Positions 48,543-54,181 of a stretch of 54,181 nt of DNA are shown in pieces. The DNA comes from Nitrososphaerota archaeon (GTDB taxonomy: Archaea; Thermoproteota; Nitrososphaeria; Nitrososphaerales; Nitrosopumilaceae), in NCBI GenBank assembly GCA_022565935.1, contig JADFJY010000001.1:1-54181 (forward strand), read 5' to 3'. A program made the translations under genes and the position numbers. Positions within the stretch are counted from its first letter, which is position 1. Every line of letters begins with the position of its first letter. The notes beneath the pieces were generated by a model, which saw only the letters and a program-made list of their open reading frames with translations, ran no database searches and was not told where the DNA came from.

Positions 48543-48656
48543 TTGAAAAAAGATCCAACTGAATTGTGTTCATGTAAATGCCATTATGGTGGTGCTGTAA
48601 GTTGCCCTAGTTGTAAGAATAATCATGGGGTAGTATGTTGTAATTGTAAAGATTAG
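48543..48656 (+). CDS. 37-aa Cys/His-rich metallothionein-like micro-protein (TTG start)
   Basis: Hand translation MKKDPTELCSCKCHYGGAVSCPSCKNNHGVVCCNCKD; 8 Cys, 2 His. Confidence 0.6.
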   Translation: MKKDPTELCSCKCHYGGAVSCPSCKNNHGVVCCNCKD

Positions 48657-48666
48657 ATCTATTTAC

Positions 48667-49194
48667 TTATTTTTCTCTTTTAGAATACAATATTTTCAGA
48701 TTATCTAATTCGGTTTCTAGTGATTCAATCCTAACAAAAATTTGTATATTTTAGATATCTTGATTTAATCTATCAATTTCACTATCTTTTAGTTTTACAG
48801 TTTCTTTTATGTCATTTAGTTTAAAAGATAATTAATTTTGAATTTATTTTATTTCAGAAAAATTGACTTAATTACCTGTAGTTATAGTAACAATGGTTTG
48901 GGTATTACTCAAGCTTTTTTTTGGATATCAGTGATGGACTGACAATTGTTTATGTATGTAATCAGTACTTTTTTGGATATCAGTTTGGACTGACGATTGT
49001 TTATGTATGTAATCAGTACTTTTTTGGGTTAACCAACACATCAATGTAAGAAACCATGTTATAGGAACTGATATGATGAAAATAATGTTCATATCTGGTG
49101 CAAAGTCAATAAAATATGGCCAAAGTCCAGTTAGTACTGCAGCAAAAATTCCAGTTATTACTGTTGCTAAGTGATTTCGTAAATAGCCCATCAA
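48667..49194 (-). pseudogene. Degraded membrane + coiled-coil gene; only the first 88 codons remain open
   Basis: After TGA at 48928-48930 the same frame continues through four TAA stops into coiled-coil-like LSFKLNDIKETVKLKDSEIDRLNQDI*NIQIFVRIESLETELDNLK. Confidence 0.6.
48917..49027. repeat. Tandem duplication, two copies of a 51-52 bp unit plus a partial third
   Basis: TTTTTTGGATATCAGT(GA/T)TGGACTGAC(A/G)ATTGTTTATGTATGTAATCAGTAC twice; encodes repeated QKSTDYIHKQ. Confidence 0.92.
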
Positions 49195-49275
49195 TTATTT
49201 AAAAAAAACATTGTTTATAACAGTAATGCTAAAAATCATAAAATAGTATAATTAAAAAGAAAAAAAGAGCCTGAT

Positions 49276-49509
49276 TTATTCGTCTTTCTCAGAAGTTATA
49301 ATTACTTTAGGCATATCAGATTGTAAGATTTGGATCTTTTCTAGTAATTCAGTTCTTAGATCTCTTGCAACTCTTCTAACAGTTGGTCTTGGAACACCAA
49401 GTTCATCAACAACTTTTGTATAGATATCCTGTTTATCAGTTACCCCTTTGTCAAGATAAGAATTAATCGCTTCTTTAATTATCGTGCTTTGGTTTGTGCG
49501 ATTCAACAA
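49276..49509 (-). CDS. Small HTH-like protein
   Basis: KQDIYTKVVDELGVPRPTVRRVARDL resembles a helix-turn-helix. Confidence 0.65.
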   Translation of the reverse strand: MLNRTNQSTIIKEAINSYLDKGVTDKQDIYTKVVDELGVPRPTVRRVARDLRTELLEKIQILQSDMPKVIITSEKDE

Positions 49510-49749
49510 ATTCTAAATTTTGTTTGTTCTATATAAGACTATAACTTTTTAAATTTCAGAAATGTTGCATCTAATAAAACCAGATCTTTTACTTGTTAAA
49601 AAAATAAAAATTCACAGTCTTTACGATAAATTTATCAATAAAATATATATTAATAATTATAAATTTTTCAATATATTTAAAATATAAATAAATAATTTAA
49701 AGGAAATTTTCGCAAAAGACTCTTATGATAAGATAATAAATAAATTTTA

Positions 49750-50226
49750 GTGACTACAGCAAGTATTGAAACCAATTTTGGAAAGATTTCATTTAAACTT
49801 ATATCTGAATTAGCACCAGAGACAGTTAGAAATTTTGAAAAATTAGCCAAAGATGGATTCTATGATGGAACTCTTTTCCATAGAATTATTCCTGGATTTA
49901 TGATTCAGGGGGGTGATCCCAATACAAAAACTGATAACAAAGGTTCATGGGGTACAGGTGGACCAGGATATAACATAAAGGCTGAATTTAGTTCAAGATC
50001 TCATTTACGAGGCATGGTTTCCATGGCTAGATCACAAGATCCTGATAGTGCAGGCTCACAATTTTTCATAGTAACTGCTGATAGTACATTCCTTGATAGA
50101 CAATATACTGTATTTGGGGAAGTGACAGAAGGTCTGGATGTAGTAGACAAAATCATAAATCTGAAAAGAGATGGCAATGATTGTCCTTTAGAAAAAGTAC
50201 AAATGATTCGTGTAACTGTGGAATAA
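49750..50226 (+). CDS. Cyclophilin-type peptidyl-prolyl isomerase
   Basis: FYDGTLFHRIIPGFMIQGGDP, SAGSQFFI and YTVFG motifs. Confidence 0.95.
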   Translation: MTTASIETNFGKISFKLISELAPETVRNFEKLAKDGFYDGTLFHRIIPGFMIQGGDPNTKTDNKGSWGTGGPGYNIKAEFSSRSHLRGMVSMARSQDPDSAGSQFFIVTADSTFLDRQYTVFGEVTEGLDVVDKIINLKRDGNDCPLEKVQMIRVTVE

Positions 50227-51123
50227 ATGAATACAAAGATTTTTGGATTTTTAATAATTTTATTGATGATATCTATTATCCCTGTAGTAAATGCCCAGAT
50301 TTCAATTGGTGAAAAAGCTGTGCAAAAATCTGTAGAGGTTACTATAAATTCTGTAGGTGATGTTCATGTTAAACACGTTATTCGTTCATCTAATGTTCCA
50401 ATACAAGTGGAATTGATTTATGGAATAGTTTCAAATCTTTCACTAACAAATGAACAAGGAGAAGAAAAACAACTTACAGTAATTGGAGGTAATAGTGGAG
50501 TGTTAATTCTACCATTTGGAGAAAATTCCGTTATAGAGTATGATCTTAATCAAGTACTTATTCAAAAAGATGACGTTTGGACATGGGACTTTAGATATCT
50601 TGAATCAACTTCTTTTATTCTTCCTGAAGAAGTTGATTTAATTTTTGTTAACGAAAACCCTGTTATTTTGAGTGAGAAAAAAGGAATGTTATGTCATGGA
50701 TGCCAAATGGTTTTGGAATATTCTATTAATGAGCCAAAAATTTTTAAAAATGTAAAATGGGAAGATAGAGAATTTGTAGTAGAAATTAGAAGCTATTCTA
50801 ATATTGATGACTTTATTTTTGATCAACTGACAAAGAGCATTACATTTGATGTTTCTAAAGAAAATAGATTTGTCACCGCAGTAATTCCATTAGAATTGTT
50901 ATGGGAACCATATGTAGTATTACTTGATGATGAAAAAATTCATGCAAATAAATTCAACAATAATGGAACTCATGTTTGGCTTAACATAAAACCTGAAACT
51001 GCTGGAGAAATTATAATTGTAGGAACCACAGTAATTCCTGAATTTCCAATAATTGCTCCATTAGCAATAGGATTTTTGATGATTCTTGTTGGACCGGTAA
51101 TGAGAAAATTCAGTCTCCACTAG
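50227..51123 (+). CDS. Secreted surface protein with PEF(G)-CTERM-like anchor
   Basis: Signal peptide; C-terminal GTTVIPEFP + TM + RK. Confidence 0.8.
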   Translation: MNTKIFGFLIILLMISIIPVVNAQISIGEKAVQKSVEVTINSVGDVHVKHVIRSSNVPIQVELIYGIVSNLSLTNEQGEEKQLTVIGGNSGVLILPFGENSVIEYDLNQVLIQKDDVWTWDFRYLESTSFILPEEVDLIFVNENPVILSEKKGMLCHGCQMVLEYSINEPKIFKNVKWEDREFVVEIRSYSNIDDFIFDQLTKSITFDVSKENRFVTAVIPLELLWEPYVVLLDDEKIHANKFNNNGTHVWLNIKPETAGEIIIVGTTVIPEFPIIAPLAIGFLMILVGPVMRKFSLH

Positions 51124-51265
51124 AACCACATGAACAGAAACCATATTCATCAATTCTGATATTACAAACCGGGCATTTTTCACCATATTCCACTTCCCAT
51201 GGTTCTTTTCCATAAAGCTTGAAATGATCATCAATTTCTAATGGTACTACCCTTTTTTTTTCCAT
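51110..51265 (-). CDS. 51-aa zinc-finger-like micro-protein
   Basis: Hand translation MEKKRVVPLEIDDHFKLYGKEPWEVEYGEKCPVCNIRIDEYGFCSCGSSGD (CxxC...CxC). Confidence 0.72.
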   Translation of the reverse strand: MEKKRVVPLEIDDHFKLYGKEPWEVEYGEKCPVCNIRIDEYGFCSCGSSGD

Positions 51266-51312
51266 TGATTTGTATAAGGATTCAAACTATACATACATTA
51301 TCGGAGAAAATC

Positions 51313-51504
51313 ATGAAAATTGAATGTGGATGTCATTGTATAAAGTGCAAAAGTACAGATCTTGAATCAAATAGGATTGGGAAAGTAGAGAGTGATGGAT
51401 ATTTCGAGATGCATCATACATGTAATAAGTGTAAGACACATTTTGATCATTTAGTTGGAGAAACTTTTTCAAATTGTGAAAAGTGTAATTATTTTGTTAG
51501 TTAG
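51313..51504 (+). CDS. 63-aa Cys/His-rich metal-binding protein (start reassigned to MKIEC)
   Basis: CGCHCIKC...HHTCNKCKTHFDH...CEKC. Confidence 0.75.
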   Translation: MKIECGCHCIKCKSTDLESNRIGKVESDGYFEMHHTCNKCKTHFDHLVGETFSNCEKCNYFVS

Positions 51505-51982
51505 ATAATAATGATTCTTGAACAAAATAATGAGTTCTATTCTCATGAGAGTTTTTCATAATTTCCTTGCTTAATGCCATTTTTGCTAAAGCTTTTGATA
51601 CATCTAACGGACTTGTAGCCCATCCATATTCCCTGAGTTGTTCAACAGTTTCAGTGACTGTTCTTGGAGAATCAAAGAATCTACTTGTTTCTAAAATACG
51701 TAATTTTGATTTAATTTCATGAGATGTAATATATTTTGGTTCACTAAATTCTGGTTCATATACTTCAGCATCATCTAGATATTCCAAACCAAATAGAGCT
51801 GAATGTTTGGCTTGAGTTGATTTTGTGATAGATTCAGTTTCATACACAATTTTTGCATGATTTTCTGGTAAATGATGTGAAATACTATCAATTACTTCAC
51901 CTAGTGTTTGATTATCAACATAGAAATCTCTAGAGTCAACTTCAATCTCATTTTCTCCAAGTTTGAGTTTTATTCTAGCCAA
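51497..51982 (-). CDS. Hypothetical protein with C-terminal winged-helix-like region
   Basis: FFDSPRTVTETVEQLREYGW...VSKALAKM...RTHYF. Confidence 0.7.
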   Translation of the reverse strand: MARIKLKLGENEIEVDSRDFYVDNQTLGEVIDSISHHLPENHAKIVYETESITKSTQAKHSALFGLEYLDDAEVYEPEFSEPKYITSHEIKSKLRILETSRFFDSPRTVTETVEQLREYGWATSPLDVSKALAKMALSKEIMKNSHENRTHYFVQESLLSN

Positions 51983-52107
51983 TGATAAACAGTCATCAAA
52001 ATTTGATTTATTTTGTTAGCTCTAAGGAGATTTAAGATTACATCAAAACTTTTACACAACTTATTGGGATTTTTTTCCTTTTTAGTTAAAAGGTAATTTT
52101 GCAATAA

Positions 52108-52566
52108 TTGTTCATGAAATCTTCTAAAAAAGGAGGTCTTATTGTTCTATTCGTACTAGGCATGAGTATTTTTGGTTATTCACAATATGCATCTGCATCT
52201 CAGATAGAAGTAAGCATTGCTCATAGTGAATTATTGAATGTGAATGAACAAGGTTCAAACTATAATATTGAATTACAATTTGAAAATCCTTCATTGTTAA
52301 TATTAACTGCAGGTGAAACTGAATTCTTTATAATTTCTAATAATGAAATGGTGGGAGAAGGTCAATTAGAACCATTCACATTACAGCCATTAGATAGTAC
52401 TTATGTAAAAGGTACTTATCATACAGATTCTAATGTGGATGATAAATCTCAATCTATAAAAATTTCGGGAGTAACAAAATATGATTTATTCTTTACATCT
52501 ATTGATGTTCCATTTGTTTACTATCCAACAGAAGAACAAGCAAGAGAATTTATACATCAAAATTAA
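52108..52566 (+). CDS. Membrane-anchored LEA_2-like hypothetical protein
   Basis: N-terminal TM; LQFENPS...VGEG pattern. Confidence 0.55.
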   Translation: MFMKSSKKGGLIVLFVLGMSIFGYSQYASASQIEVSIAHSELLNVNEQGSNYNIELQFENPSLLILTAGETEFFIISNNEMVGEGQLEPFTLQPLDSTYVKGTYHTDSNVDDKSQSIKISGVTKYDLFFTSIDVPFVYYPTEEQAREFIHQN

Positions 52567-52577
52567 TTTCTTCTCAA

Positions 52578-53471
52578 ATGCTTACTGTTTTTGGCTCTAC
52601 TGCACTAGATACAATTAGAACTCCAAAAAAAACATTAAAGAATATTCTAGGAGGTGCAGCAACTTTTGCAGCAATTTCTGCAAGCAATTTTGTAAATACT
52701 GGATTAATTGCAGTAGTTGGAAAAGATTTTCCAAAACAGTATCATAATATTTTATCCAAACATTTGGATTTACAAGGTTTAACTATAAAAAATGGTAAAA
52801 CATTTCGTTATGATGGAAGTTATGATAATACATTAAGTACAAGATCTACTTTAAAAACTGAATTAAACGTACTATCTGATTTTAAGCCAACTGTTCCTGA
52901 AGCTTACAGAAAATCTCAATTTGTGTATCTTGCAAACAATGATCCTGAACAGAATACTTCATTAATAAAAGAATTTGACAAGGTAAAATTTTCCATGTGT
53001 GACACTATAGATTTTTGGATTTCTACTAAACGAGAAGCGGTAATTAAGATGATTAAAGCTGTAGATGCAGTTGTAATAAACGATGAAGAAGCTAAACTCC
53101 TTACAAAAGAATTCAACTTGATAAAATGTGCAAAAAAAATGATGGAGTGGGGAGCAAAATATGTAATTATCAAGAAAGGTGAACATGGTTCTTTGATGTT
53201 TTATGATGATGTTATTTTCCCAACAGCAGGCTTTTCATTAGAAGATGTGGTGGATCCTACAGGCGCAGGTGACTCTTTTGCAGGTGCAATGATAGGATAT
53301 CTTGCAAGCAAAAAATCAACCAGTATATCTGAGATTAAGAAAGCCGTAGTTTATGGAAATATCTTAGGATCCTTTGCAGTTGAAAAATATGGATTAGATG
53401 GATTACTAAAGATCAAAAATGGGGATATTTCAAAACGAATCAAGATATATGAAAAAATGATCCAATTCTAA
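52578..53471 (+). CDS. PfkB-family carbohydrate/nucleoside kinase
   Basis: GGAAT, KKGEHG and DPTGAGDSFAG motifs. Confidence 0.93.
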   Translation: MLTVFGSTALDTIRTPKKTLKNILGGAATFAAISASNFVNTGLIAVVGKDFPKQYHNILSKHLDLQGLTIKNGKTFRYDGSYDNTLSTRSTLKTELNVLSDFKPTVPEAYRKSQFVYLANNDPEQNTSLIKEFDKVKFSMCDTIDFWISTKREAVIKMIKAVDAVVINDEEAKLLTKEFNLIKCAKKMMEWGAKYVIIKKGEHGSLMFYDDVIFPTAGFSLEDVVDPTGAGDSFAGAMIGYLASKKSTSISEIKKAVVYGNILGSFAVEKYGLDGLLKIKNGDISKRIKIYEKMIQF

Positions 53472-53510
53472 AAAGACTTAAGTTAAATAATTTCTCAAAT
53501 TTATTTATCA

Positions 53511-53861
53511 TTGACACAAGAAATTTCTGAAAAAGATAGACTGTATACAATATTCAAACTTCAAAAAGGTCTATCAGAAATGATGAATTTGGATAGATAT
53601 CCAAAAGATTCTGAAGGAAGAGTTTCTGCATTGTGTACTGCAATAATACATGAGGCAGTTGAATTACAAAGGACAACTAATTGGAAATGGTGGAAAACAC
53701 CAACTAAGTTTGATAAAGCTGAAGCCAAAGAAGAATTAATTGACATATGGCATTTTGTTGTTCAGGCATCACTTGAGCTAAATCTTACACCAGATGATAT
53801 TGTAGCAGAGTACAAAAAGAAAAATGAAATTAATCGAGAAAGACAGAGAAGTGGATACTAG
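53511..53861 (+). CDS. dut: Dimeric (all-alpha) dUTPase
   Basis: EAVEL...WKWWK, EELIDIWHF and KNEINRERQ.SGY motifs. Confidence 0.88.
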   Translation: MTQEISEKDRLYTIFKLQKGLSEMMNLDRYPKDSEGRVSALCTAIIHEAVELQRTTNWKWWKTPTKFDKAEAKEELIDIWHFVVQASLELNLTPDDIVAEYKKKNEINRERQRSGY

Positions 53862-54181
53862 GAAATTCTAATTTTATCTAAAATTATTTTAAGATCAGTT
53901 TCATTGATTAAATTTACTAGAGTTATCTTATTTTGAAAATATTGTATCTGAGATTTAGAAACAGTAAGAAATGGATCTGGACTAGTTGAATTAATTATTT
54001 GATTGTTTTTATCAACTCCATGTTTATGTAATTGAAACAATGAGTGACCTGCTTTATGACCCCAAACTTCTTTTCCACAAACTATGATAGTAGAAATTTT
54101 TTGATTTTTATTTACATGTTTGATAATAGAATCAATTCATTTATTTTCAGAAAGCAATCTTCCTACTATTGATATATGATT
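53858..54181 (-). pseudogene. MtrA-like corrinoid-binding protein gene (5' part outside the window) with an in-frame TGA
   Basis: Frame reads ...IVGRLLSENK*IDSII...IIVCGKEVWGHKAGHSLFQLHKHGVD...SPDP; TGA at 54137-54139. Confidence 0.7.

Noticed and set aside
48917-49027. Mini-CRISPR interpretation of the 51-bp repeat
   Set aside because: Units are contiguous with no unique spacers and lie in a coding frame
49510-49749. Replication origin in the very AT-rich gap
   Set aside because: No ORB-like G-string repeats and no cdc6/orc1 nearby; consistent with divergent promoters
46633-49750. Integrated mobile element at tRNA-Val or tRNA-Arg
   Set aside because: No integrase or transposase, and I found no duplicated tRNA end (att site); only an AT-rich variable patch
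51241-51312. N-terminal extension MVLPFFFP of the 87-aa track ORF, and a possible slippage site at the T9 run
   Set aside because: It overlaps the opposite-strand 51-aa gene, whose frame is intact across the homopolymer; ATG at 51313 is the better start
54137-54139. Selenocysteine recoding of the in-frame TGA
   Set aside because: The position corresponds to Gly rather than Cys in MtrA-like proteins; a point mutation or sequencing error is simpler

Overview
AT-rich, gene-dense core chromosome segment of an ammonia-oxidising archaeon (Nitrososphaerota/Thaumarchaeota, Nitrosopumilaceae-like). The assignment is inferred from PEFG-CTERM proteins, egsA, the archaeal pantoate kinase/phosphopantothenate synthetase CoA route, aCPSF1 plus proteasome beta, and the split A-type ATP synthase locus around an Amt transporter. 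Contents: Zn/Mn-type ABC transporter with a divergent NikR-family regulator, pyrB/pyrI, A1Ao ATP synthase genes (I | E-A-B-D-K, with C separate), rhodanese, amt, a solo Cas4-like gene, tmk-HD-pyrH, Hsp20, ABC1 kinase, a LolDE-like ABC system, the CoA operon, sepF, aCPSF1, psmB, egsA, PPIases, nadM, rtcA, copD, tRNA-Val(GAC), bluB, an intron-containing tRNA-Arg(CCU), FMN reductase, an AT-rich variable patch, PfkB kinase, dimeric dUTPase and a nonsense-interrupted MtrA-like gene at the edge. I see no integrase, transposase, CRISPR array or rRNA. The most notable signals were read by hand below the ORF-track cutoff: a 37-aa, 8-Cys metallothionein-like ORF behind a perfect 10-1-10 palindrome; micro-ORFs embedded in the ATP synthase operons; a Cas4 lacking most nuclease residues; an ABC ATPase that appears to need a CTG start; and a wHTH regulator divergent from amt.
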